A DNA stretch of 64,000 nt from Dehalococcoidia bacterium (GTDB lineage: Bacteria; Chloroflexota; Dehalococcoidia; Lucifugimonadales; UBA2985): positions 327,812-391,811 of the forward strand of contig OZ244716.1 in NCBI GenBank assembly GCA_965219025.1. Reading direction: 5' to 3'. The notes beneath the pieces are model-generated. The model was not told the DNA's origin. It saw only the letters and a list, made by a program, of their open reading frames with translations, and did not search any database. Both the position numbers and the translations under genes were made by a program. Within the stretch, counting starts at the first letter, position 1, and every line of letters begins with the position of its first letter. Of the stretch, positions 9,669-17,297 are shown piece after piece.

Positions 9669-9697
9669 AATATAGCACAGGGCAAGCCTGTTATCAA
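9669..9697 (-). promoter_or_regulatory. sigma-70-type promoter of the nuo operon
   Basis: Minus strand reads TTGATA (9697..9692), then a 17-nt spacer ending in TGTGc, then TATATT (9674..9669). This lies about 30 nt upstream of the nuoA GTG. Confidence 0.6.
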
Positions 9698-9821
9698 GTG
9701 AAAATCACCACAATCGCCCGCAGTTTGAGACAAAGACAAGTGCGGGCTTCCACTCGGACGCCGTCCGGAAACCCGGAACAGCTAGGCGGGTCGGGGCGCC
9801 CCGGCCTGGGTATGCTAGAAT

Positions 9822-9832
9822 TGTGGTATCAC
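9822..9832 (+). promoter_or_regulatory. candidate extended -10 element (TGTGGTATCAC)
   Basis: Matches the window-wide TGTGnTAnnnT motif and lies just upstream of the likely start of the S41 protease. The -35 is poor. Confidence 0.3.
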
Positions 9833-9850
9833 CCTATTCGAGAACATCCT

Positions 9851-11173
9851 GTGCGTAGTAGCCATTTGATATCCGTCCTCCTTGCAGCCGTGGCCGTGCT
9901 GGCCTTGGCGGTGGTGCTGCCGGCGTGCGCGTCGCAGGGGGAGCCCACGCCCACGCCGCCGGCCGGCATCGCCGACGTGGTGGGTGTGTGGGAGGAGCTG
10001 TCGGGCGGAGACGCGTCCTCCGACAACAGCTCCATCGTGGAGGTGTGGAACATCCTGTCCGGCGGCTTCGTGGAAAAGGAGTTGCTGGACGCGGGAGCCA
10101 TGGGCCTTGCCGCCATTGAGGCCATGAACGCCGAGGCCGCGACGATGGACCAGCCGGATCCCGAGCACCTGTCGCTCGTGGCCATCGAGGCCATGCTGGA
10201 CGTCCTTGACGACCCGTACACCACCTTCCTGTCTCCCGAGGAGTTCGCCCTCTACTCCCAGGACAGCGAGGGCAAGTTCGGAGGCATAGGAGCTACGGTG
10301 AGCCTCGACGAGGAGCGAATTACCATCACCGCGCCGCTCCCGGGTACACCGGCGGAGCGCGCGGGGATCATGCCGGGCGACGTGATCCTGGAAGTCGACG
10401 GAGAGAGCACGGAGGGCTGGAGCGTTCTGGAGTCGGTGATCCGCATCCGCGGGCCGGAGGGTACGTCCGTGCGGCTCCTGGTGTTGCACGAGGGCGCGGA
10501 GGATCCCGTCGAAGTCGAGATCGTGCGCGCCACCATCCAGCTAGCGAGCGTGGAGTGGGAGATGCTGCCCGATAGCATCGCTCACCTCCAAATCTCGTCC
10601 TTCTCCGCAAACACCGACGAGCAGGTGACCGCGATCATCGAGGAGGCCCAGGAGATGGGCGCACGAGCAATGATCATTGACCTGAGGAACAACCCCGGCG
10701 GCCTCCTGTCCACCACTGTGAACATTGCAAGCCAGTTTCTGAAGGACGGCATCGTGCTGTACTCCGTGGACGGCAACGACCACCGGGTCGAATACCCAGT
10801 GAATCTCGAAGGACTTGCCCCGGACCTTCCCCTCGCGGTGCTGGTCAACAAGGGAAGCGCGAGCGGCAGTGAGGTGCTTGCCGGAGCGCTCCGCGACCAC
10901 GAAAGGGCCGTCCTCATCGGCGAGAACACGTTTGGCAAGGGCAGCGTGAACCTGCCGCAGGGCCTGGCCGACGGCTCCGGGCTGTACTACACCATCGGCC
11001 GGTGGTACTCGCCAAACGGCCACCTCATTGAGGGCGAGGGGTTGGCGCCGGACATCGAGGTCGAGCAGCCAACGGAAATCGAAGTTGAGCTGGGCCTGGA
11101 GGAAGACCGGGACCTCCAGCTGGAACGCGCAGTCGAATACCTGCTGTCTGAGGTGGCGGCCAACGCGCCATAG
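9851..11173 (+). CDS. S41-family carboxy-terminal processing protease with PDZ domain (lipoprotein signal)
   Basis: PDZ-like GIGATV...GTPAERAGIMPGDVILEVDG; S41 core IIDLRNNPGGLL and NKGSASGSEVLAGAL. The start is uncertain: the track ORF begins at 9698, while GTG 9851 gives MRSSHLISVLLAAVAVLALAVVLPAC, a signal peptide with lipobox. Confidence 0.85.
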   Translation: MRSSHLISVLLAAVAVLALAVVLPACASQGEPTPTPPAGIADVVGVWEELSGGDASSDNSSIVEVWNILSGGFVEKELLDAGAMGLAAIEAMNAEAATMDQPDPEHLSLVAIEAMLDVLDDPYTTFLSPEEFALYSQDSEGKFGGIGATVSLDEERITITAPLPGTPAERAGIMPGDVILEVDGESTEGWSVLESVIRIRGPEGTSVRLLVLHEGAEDPVEVEIVRATIQLASVEWEMLPDSIAHLQISSFSANTDEQVTAIIEEAQEMGARAMIIDLRNNPGGLLSTTVNIASQFLKDGIVLYSVDGNDHRVEYPVNLEGLAPDLPLAVLVNKGSASGSEVLAGALRDHERAVLIGENTFGKGSVNLPQGLADGSGLYYTIGRWYSPNGHLIEGEGLAPDIEVEQPTEIEVELGLEEDRDLQLERAVEYLLSEVAANAP

Positions 11174-11197
11174 GGACTATCGAGAGAGACTACCACG

Positions 11198-11704
11198 ATG
11201 CCAAAGTCCAATACAAAACGAGCCAAGCCAAAGGCCAAGCCTAAGAGCCAGACCGGCGCGGTCACTATGAACCGCCGCGCCTATCACGACTACGACATCC
11301 TGGAGACGGTGGAGGCCGGCCTCGCGCTCACGGGAACCGAGATCAAGTCCGTACGCTCAGGGAAGATGAACATCCAGCACGCCTTCGCCAAGGCAGAGGC
11401 CGGAGAGGTCTGGCTGGTGAACTCCCACATCGCCCCGTACGAGCAGGGCAACATCCACAACCACGAGCCGACGCGGCCGCGCAAGCTCCTGCTGCACGCA
11501 AAGGAGATCGGCCATCTGTCCGGCGCCACGGCACAGAAGGGCCTGACACTCGTGCCCCTGCGAGTGTACATCAAGGGCCACTACGCCAAGGTGCAGGTCG
11601 GCCTTGCCCGAGGGCGCAGGCTCTACGACAAGCGTCGCGCCATCATCGACCGGGACCAGGAGCGGGAGGCCGGCCGCGCCATAAGCGCAGCAGCCCGCGG
11701 CTGA
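11198..11704 (+). CDS. smpB: SsrA-binding protein
   Basis: NRRAYHDYDILETVEAGLALTGTEIKSVR... is canonical SmpB. It lies directly upstream of the tmRNA. Confidence 0.95.
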   Translation: MPKSNTKRAKPKAKPKSQTGAVTMNRRAYHDYDILETVEAGLALTGTEIKSVRSGKMNIQHAFAKAEAGEVWLVNSHIAPYEQGNIHNHEPTRPRKLLLHAKEIGHLSGATAQKGLTLVPLRVYIKGHYAKVQVGLARGRRLYDKRRAIIDRDQEREAGRAISAAARG

Positions 11705-11784
11705 ACCCGGCGCCCTGCCGGCGCGATCCTGCTCGTCGCGAAACGGCCTGCACTGCGGACCGGAAGCCTCTCGATGGGTCGCCG

Positions 11785-11795
11785 TGTGCTATAAT
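11785..11795 (+). promoter_or_regulatory. extended -10 element TGTGCTATAAT upstream of ssrA
   Basis: Perfect TATAAT at 11790..11795 preceded by TGTGc, 21 nt before the mature tmRNA 5' end. Confidence 0.5.
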
Positions 11796-11816
11796 TGCAG
11801 TGTTGGATCATCACAT

Positions 11817-12169
11817 GGGGACGCGTGGTCTCGACAGGGGGTGGTTTCGCGGGATTGCAGGCCGGGGTGCCGTCCACCTCGTCAACAAGGCGGCAAAAAA
11901 GTAACTGGCGAAAATAAAGTAGCCCTGGCAGCCTAACACGGCTGCCACGTCCACCCTAACCTCTCCTCGAAGGTGAGGAGTGGGCGCCATAAGTCGAGGT
12001 GCAGCCCGCGCAACGCCGGTAGCGAGGGCCCAAGACCACCGGCTGGCTCCCAAAGAATCCCTGCCGGCAGGGGACCTTGAGAGCGAGAACCAATTACCGG
12101 ACAAGCCTGTAGCACATTCCAGCGGGAAGCTCTCTGGACGGGGAGTTCGACTCTCCCCCGTCTCCACCA
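11817..12169 (+). ncRNA. ssrA: tmRNA (SsrA)
   Basis: 5' GGGGACG pairs with 3' CGUCUCC-ACCA, including a G3:U70 wobble (the Ala identity element). T-arm GGAGUUCGACUCUCC is present. Internal tag ORF GGC GAA AAT AAA GTA GCC CTG GCA GCC TAA (11907..11936) encodes GENKVALAA. Confidence 0.95.
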
Positions 12170-12370
12170 ACCTATCACTACACAAGTCCGCGACCGTCCG
12201 GGCACGCCAAGGTCCCGTCGCACTCAGTCAACGAACCCGCGCCGTCAAGCGGGATGCCCGGCCGCCGTAAGCAAATGTTAAGGAATGTTGACCGTGCGAC
12301 AGCTTGCAGGCGGTCACTCGGATGGTATCATTACGCGCGGGTTAGCCATTAGCTAGGAGGACAACCGAGC

Positions 12371-13129
12371 TTGAGCCAGCGAGCAGTGAACGGCCGGCGC
12401 AACTCAGCCATCAGCGCCCTTGCACTGGGCGCAGTGCTCCTGTTCGCTGTGAGTTCAGCGTGCAGTTCCGAGCCGGATCCCACTGCGACCCAACCGGCAA
12501 TGGCCACCTCCGCGCCTTCGGCGACCCCCGCTCCGACGCCAACCGCGCCCCAGGCCGCTGAGCCAACGGAAGCGAGCATGGCTCATGCCGAGACGCCTAC
12601 CGTCGCCTCCGCCACGACCGCCGCTCCCACCGCGACCGCTGTGCCTTCGGCGACGGCCAATGAGGAGCCCGCCGATGCCCCGCCCGTCGGGACCAACGTC
12701 GGCAACACCCTGCCGCACTTCGAAATGACGCTTGCAGACGGATCGAGGGTGTCAACGGATGTGCTAGCGGCTCAGGGACAGCCCGTCTTTCTCTACTTCT
12801 TCGCAACGTGGTGACCGGTATGTCGCGCCGAGTTGCGGCGCCTGAAGCAGGACTACCCCGAATACGCAGATAGCGTTGAACTATACGCCATCGGACAGGA
12901 CGTGACTGAGGGCGTCGGCAGGCTGGAGGACTACCGGGCCAGCGAAGATCTCCCCTTCCCGGTTGCCGAAGTCAGCAACAACGTTCTGCGAAGCCTGGAG
13001 ATAATCAGGCAGTCCACCAAGGTCGCCGTCGATCACAACGGAGTCATCACCTATCGCGCCGGCATCGGCGAAGGCGAGGGTGACTGGCCCAAGGTGTTCT
13101 CCGAGCTGGCGAGCGGCGCCGGGGGCTAG
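12371..13129 (+). CDS. TlpA/ResA-like thiol:disulfide oxidoreductase lipoprotein with in-frame TGA (candidate selenocysteine, U-P-V-C)
   Basis: Track ORFs 12371..12814 and 12833..13129 share one frame. Joined, they read ...QPVFLYFFATW-[TGA 12812..12814]-PVCRAELRRLKQ..., a redoxin WCxxC motif with TGA at Cys1. Lipobox signal LFAVSSAC. AGGAGG lies upstream of the TTG start. Confidence 0.7.
12464..12690 (+). repeat. low-complexity Thr/Pro/Ala-rich linker coding region
   Basis: Encodes PTATQPAMATSAPSATPAPTPTAPQAAEPTE...TTAAPTATAVPSATA between the lipobox and the redoxin domain. Confidence 0.8.
12812..12841 (+). promoter_or_regulatory. UGA plus downstream hairpin (bacterial SECIS candidate)
   Basis: UGA, 10 nt, then GCGCCG-AGUUG-CGGCGC (12825..12841): a 6-bp GC stem and a 5-nt loop with G at loop position 2. 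Confidence 0.5.
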
Positions 13130-13228
13130 CCCCTAAGGCTCCACACCTGCGCCCTCACCCTCCGACAACACAATCCGACAAGACTCCCCTTGCTCACCCG
13201 CGCTGTACCCTATTGCACCCTTTGGAGC

Positions 13229-13258
13229 TTGACAACGCCAGCACACTTGTTCTATACT
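13229..13258 (+). promoter_or_regulatory. sigma-70-type promoter
   Basis: TTGACA (13229..13234), 18-nt spacer, TATACT (13253..13258). Downstream hairpin CCCTTT-gaagtcg-AAAGGG overlaps the AGGGAGG Shine-Dalgarno sequence. Confidence 0.5.
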
Positions 13259-13289
13259 TCCCTTTGAAGTCGAAAGGGAGGTGACGGCA

Positions 13290-13529
13290 ATGGTGGGAAG
13301 CGCTCTACTCATACCCGAAAGCGAAATTGAAACCGTTCACGTGCCCGTGGCCATTCCGGCGGCTGAGCGGGTGGTGATCAAGCTCCACGGCCGTTTTGAC
13401 GACGTGAGGTCAGCGGCCGCTCGCTTCCGCATTGACCTCAACTGGGACCGCTCGGAACGCCTGCCCGGCGACGTCTGCTCCGTAGAGGGCAGGCTCACAG
13501 TTGCGGAATCGCAGCGGCTCTTCCTGTAG
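13290..13529 (+). CDS. hypothetical protein (79 aa)
   Basis: ATG 13290 lies 8 nt after AGGGAGG and has its own promoter and a downstream hairpin. No family recognised. Confidence 0.4.
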   Translation: MVGSALLIPESEIETVHVPVAIPAAERVVIKLHGRFDDVRSAAARFRIDLNWDRSERLPGDVCSVEGRLTVAESQRLFL

Positions 13530-13542
13530 CATCCGATTCTGA

Positions 13543-13585
13543 AACGCGTTCGCCGGCGCAGGCGGTAAGCCCCGGCGAACGCGTT
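13543..13585. terminator. 14-bp inverted repeat (possible terminator without U-tract)
   Basis: AACGCGTTCGCCGG (13543..13556) pairs with CCGGCGAACGCGTT (13572..13585), directly after the 79-aa ORF. Confidence 0.35.
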
Positions 13586-13781
13586 CCGGCTGCCCAGAGC
13601 GTATGTCGGCCGCTGCCGGCTCCTGACTCAGCACGTCGGCCCCACCCCATCAAGCGGCCTCCCCCACTGCGGTTGACCTCGCACGTCCCAAGGCATAATA
13701 TGCCAATGGCACTGCCATGACCCGGCCCGGCCGCAGGCTGCACCGGAGGCGTTTCCCCATCCCGTGTGGCGGAGCAGAGGG

Positions 13782-15092
13782 ATGGCCACTTTCGTCGAAA
13801 ACATCCCCGGCGTCAGGCGCGTATTCTACGGCTGGTGGATCGTTGCCGTCGGCATCACCATCGCCATACTGAACGGCGCCTTCTACACCTACGGCTTCGG
13901 CGTTTACTTCATTCCGCTTCTCAATGAGCTTGGCGCCAGCCGCGCGGCCCTTGGCGGCGTGGTCGGCCTTGCGAGACTTGAAGGCGGCCTGATCGCGCCC
14001 CTCGCGGGCTGGCTCATCGACAAATACGGCCCCCGCCGACTGCTCTACTTCGGCATCATCACGATGGGCTTTGCGTTTCTTCTTCTTAGCATGATTACCT
14101 CCCTCTGGATGCTGTACGCCGTCTTCATGCTCATTGCCACGGCGTCCAGCTTTGGTGGCGGGCGGCCCATCAACGTCGCCGTTGCAAACTGGTTTGTGCG
14201 CAAGCGGGCCAGGGCGCTGGGCATACTCCTGGCCGGCATAGGCCTGGGCGGCAGCGCCGTTGTCGTCGTCGGCTGGCTCACGCAAACCTACGGATGGAGA
14301 GCGTCCGCCGTCATGGCCGCCCTTGCCTACTGGGTGATCTGCATCCCGCTGGTCTCTCTGGTCCACCACCGGCCGGAGCAGGTCGGCATGCACCCGGACG
14401 GCGAGCCGCTCCCGGTCGAGAACACCAGCCGCGGGGGCTCCCGCAACAACGAGCCGCTGGAGATAGAACTCACTCCGCGGCAGGCTCTCAGGTCGCTGTC
14501 CTTCTGGATGCTTGCCATTGCGTTTGCAAGCTGGTCTGTCACCGTCACCGTTGCCGCCATCTACCACGTTCCGTTCCTCATCGAGGAGATGGGCGCAAGT
14601 CCCGTGAAGGCCGCTACACTGGCCTCGATCACGCTTCTCATCTCGGTGCCGGGTCGCGTATTCTTCGGATGGATCGGCGACATGCTGAACATCCGCGTCC
14701 TGCTGGCAGTGCTCCTGCTAGTGCAGGGAGTTGGTGTGCTGGCGATGTCGATGATTCCGAGCCTCGGCTGGGCGCCGCTCTACATCGCGCTCCTTGGCCC
14801 AGCCTACGGCGGCTCCGCCGCGCTGCGACAGGCCATCGTCGCCCACTTCTACGGCCGGCGCAACTTTGGCACCATCAGCGGACTGCTGCAGTTCGTTGAC
14901 CTGCCAGGCACGGTAGCGGGGCCCATATTCGTGGGATGGATGGTGGACTCGTTCGACAGCTACCGCCTGGGGTTCCAGACGGTGGCGCTGTTCCTGGCAT
15001 TGGGGTCAGCAGCATTGTTCGTCGCTCGGCGCCCCAGCGTACCAATGGAGCCTGCTGGGGAGACTGCGACGCCCGAAGAACGTGGCTCCTGA
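13782..15092 (+). CDS. MFS transporter
   Basis: 12-TM-like hydrophobic profile. The N-terminus RRVFYGWWIVAVGITIA is typical of the oxalate/formate-antiporter-like MFS clade. The start is either 13764 or 13782. Confidence 0.85.
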   Translation: MATFVENIPGVRRVFYGWWIVAVGITIAILNGAFYTYGFGVYFIPLLNELGASRAALGGVVGLARLEGGLIAPLAGWLIDKYGPRRLLYFGIITMGFAFLLLSMITSLWMLYAVFMLIATASSFGGGRPINVAVANWFVRKRARALGILLAGIGLGGSAVVVVGWLTQTYGWRASAVMAALAYWVICIPLVSLVHHRPEQVGMHPDGEPLPVENTSRGGSRNNEPLEIELTPRQALRSLSFWMLAIAFASWSVTVTVAAIYHVPFLIEEMGASPVKAATLASITLLISVPGRVFFGWIGDMLNIRVLLAVLLLVQGVGVLAMSMIPSLGWAPLYIALLGPAYGGSAALRQAIVAHFYGRRNFGTISGLLQFVDLPGTVAGPIFVGWMVDSFDSYRLGFQTVALFLALGSAALFVARRPSVPMEPAGETATPEERGS

Positions 15093-15176
15093 GCAGGAGC
15101 GAGGCTTGGCGGATTGTGTCCCCCTGGCCCCGTGGGTAAAGTTGAACGCGCAGTACACCGACCGAAGGGAGACCCA

Positions 15177-16535
15177 ATGCCGAACCTGGCCGGCCTGCTA
15201 ACCCAAATAGGCGCCAACCGAGACGAGATCATCGCCTTGGAGCAAGAGCTGGTGCGGATTCCCTCGGTGAACAGCGGCGTCATGCCCACGGGAAACGAGA
15301 CTGCGGTGTGCGACGTCGTCCAGCAGCGCCTGGCACTGGAGGGCATTCCGTCCGAGATACTGGAATCTGCCCCGCGCCGCGGAAACCTCGTGGCCAGGCT
15401 GGAGGGGCGGTCCGGCAGAGCAGGTCTAATGTTCATGTCCCACACGGACGTGGTGCCGGTGGAGGACGAAGGCAAGTGGAAGCACCCCCCATTCAGCGCC
15501 ACCATTGATGGCGACCGCATCTACGGACGTGGCGCCTCCGACTGCAAGGGCCTTCTCACGGCCCAGATCATGGCCCTGATACTGCTGAAGCGCAGCGGCG
15601 TGGAGCTCGCCGACGGCTTGGTGCTGGCCTCGGGCGCCGACGAGGAGCACGGCGGCCGGTACGGGTTCGGCTGGCTGGCCCAGCATCACCCGGAGAAGAT
15701 CGCAGCGCCCTTTGCGGTGAACGAGGGCGGCGGCGTGCCCGTCAGAGTTGGGTCCGGCTTTGCATACGTCCTTGGCACGGGCGAGAAGGGGCGCCTCCAG
15801 GTGGAGATAGACATACGCGGGGCCAGCGCTCACGCCTCCGTTCCCTGGCGAGGCGCCAACGCCCTCTACGCTCTGACGCAGGTGCTGGGGCGCATCGAGG
15901 AGTACGAACCGGAGCGGGACACCTCCGCCGAGGTCTTCCGCCATCTGTCCGACCTGGCCATCGAGCACCTGGCCTCCGCCTCCAACGTGGACGAGATAAT
16001 TGCCGAACTGGAGCCTCAGAACCCGCCCCTGGCCAGCGTGCTCAGGGCGCTCTCCCGCATGACACTGACGCCCACGATGGTCCGGGGCGGCGTCAAGTCC
16101 AACAGCGTGCCGGAGTCCGTACGGCTGACCTGCGACGTGCGGACCCTGCCCCACCAGGACGAGGCGCATCTCCGCGAGGAGCTTGGCCGGCTGCTGGAGG
16201 GCATCCCGGGCGTGGACTTCCAGGTGGACTACATGGCGGTGCCCAACTCCTCGCCATTCGAGACGGACTTCGCTCGGCGAATCAGGCTCGCAACCGCCAA
16301 CGCGCTCGGCCTGGAGGACGTCCAGATGATCCCCTCCATCAGCACTGGCTTCACGGACTCACGCTTCACCCGTCCGCTCGGCACCATCACCTACGGCTTC
16401 ACCGGAGCGCACCCAGAGGACGACCCGCAGCTCACCTTCGCCCACGGGACCAACGAGTCCATAGGCATCAAGAGCCTCCTCAACGGCACAAGGGTCATGC
16501 TCGCCCTGGCCTACGACATGCTGGCTGCGCGGTAG
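15177..16535 (+). CDS. M20-family metallopeptidase/deacylase (ArgE/DapE/ACY1/CPG2-like)
   Basis: MFMSHTDVVPVEDEGKWKHPPFSATIDGDRIYGRGASDCKG signature. The ATG is preceded by AAGGGAG. Confidence 0.85.
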   Translation: MPNLAGLLTQIGANRDEIIALEQELVRIPSVNSGVMPTGNETAVCDVVQQRLALEGIPSEILESAPRRGNLVARLEGRSGRAGLMFMSHTDVVPVEDEGKWKHPPFSATIDGDRIYGRGASDCKGLLTAQIMALILLKRSGVELADGLVLASGADEEHGGRYGFGWLAQHHPEKIAAPFAVNEGGGVPVRVGSGFAYVLGTGEKGRLQVEIDIRGASAHASVPWRGANALYALTQVLGRIEEYEPERDTSAEVFRHLSDLAIEHLASASNVDEIIAELEPQNPPLASVLRALSRMTLTPTMVRGGVKSNSVPESVRLTCDVRTLPHQDEAHLREELGRLLEGIPGVDFQVDYMAVPNSSPFETDFARRIRLATANALGLEDVQMIPSISTGFTDSRFTRPLGTITYGFTGAHPEDDPQLTFAHGTNESIGIKSLLNGTRVMLALAYDMLAAR

Positions 16536-16673
16536 CTGGGGCCGAGCGGCGGCGCGCCCCAACGGTTGACAACACTCCGCCATCAAACTACGATTGCACT
16601 CGCGGCGCAAACCCCCTCTCCCGCATGGCGCCGCCTCGTCTCTACCACGGCTCAGGATGAAAGGAGGGAAGCC

Positions 16674-17219
16674 ATGACCAGCCAGGAAGGACCACCCATT
16701 GGACCCCTGGGTACGCAGGCGACGGTGCTGGGCGGAGCTGCCGCCGCCCTCATCGGCGACGCGGAACACCTGTATCACTCCACCATGGGACCGTACAACG
16801 TGGTGCCAGTGCCCACCCCGGATAACCAGCCCTACTGGGACGGCGCCAATGAGGGCAAGCTGGTTCTCCAGAGGTGCCAGGGATGCGAGAAGTACAACCA
16901 CCCGCCCGTGGCTCTCTGCAACTACTGCGGCAACCGCAGCGCGGATCTGAAGTGGGAGGAAGTCAGCGGCCGGGGCACGCTCTACTGCTACTACATCTGC
17001 TACGACACCTCCGTTTCAGGCTTCGAGGAGAAGGTCCCGTATGCCGTCATCATGGTGGAGCTTGAGGAACAGCCGGACCTGCTCCTGATGAGCAATATCC
17101 TCAACCACGAATACGATGCAATGGGCGGCGGGTTGGAAACCGGGATGCCTCTCGAGGCAGTCTTCGACAAAGTGAACGACGAACAGAACATCCTGCAGTT
17201 CCAGCCGCGCTCCTCATAG
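16674..17219 (+). CDS. DUF35 Zn-ribbon/OB-fold protein
   Basis: PYWDGANEGKLVLQRCQGCEKYNHPPVALCNYCGN...WEEVSGRGTLY. AAGGAGGG lies before ATG 16674. Confidence 0.85.
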   Translation: MTSQEGPPIGPLGTQATVLGGAAAALIGDAEHLYHSTMGPYNVVPVPTPDNQPYWDGANEGKLVLQRCQGCEKYNHPPVALCNYCGNRSADLKWEEVSGRGTLYCYYICYDTSVSGFEEKVPYAVIMVELEEQPDLLLMSNILNHEYDAMGGGLETGMPLEAVFDKVNDEQNILQFQPRSS

Positions 17220-17297
17220 CCGCGCCGCCGCAAAGACGCCGGGGCGCGAGACTCGCAGAGCAGCCGCTCAACGGCTGACAAAGAAAAGGGAGGCATC

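Noticed and set aside
12812-12814. Possibility that the in-frame TGAs mean a genome-wide alternative code (UGA read as Trp or Gly)
   Set aside because: TGA terminates conserved genes at their expected ends in this window: nuoJ at 4719..4721, smpB at 11702..11704, and the second redoxin itself at 43849..43851. Recoding must therefore be local and signal-dependent.
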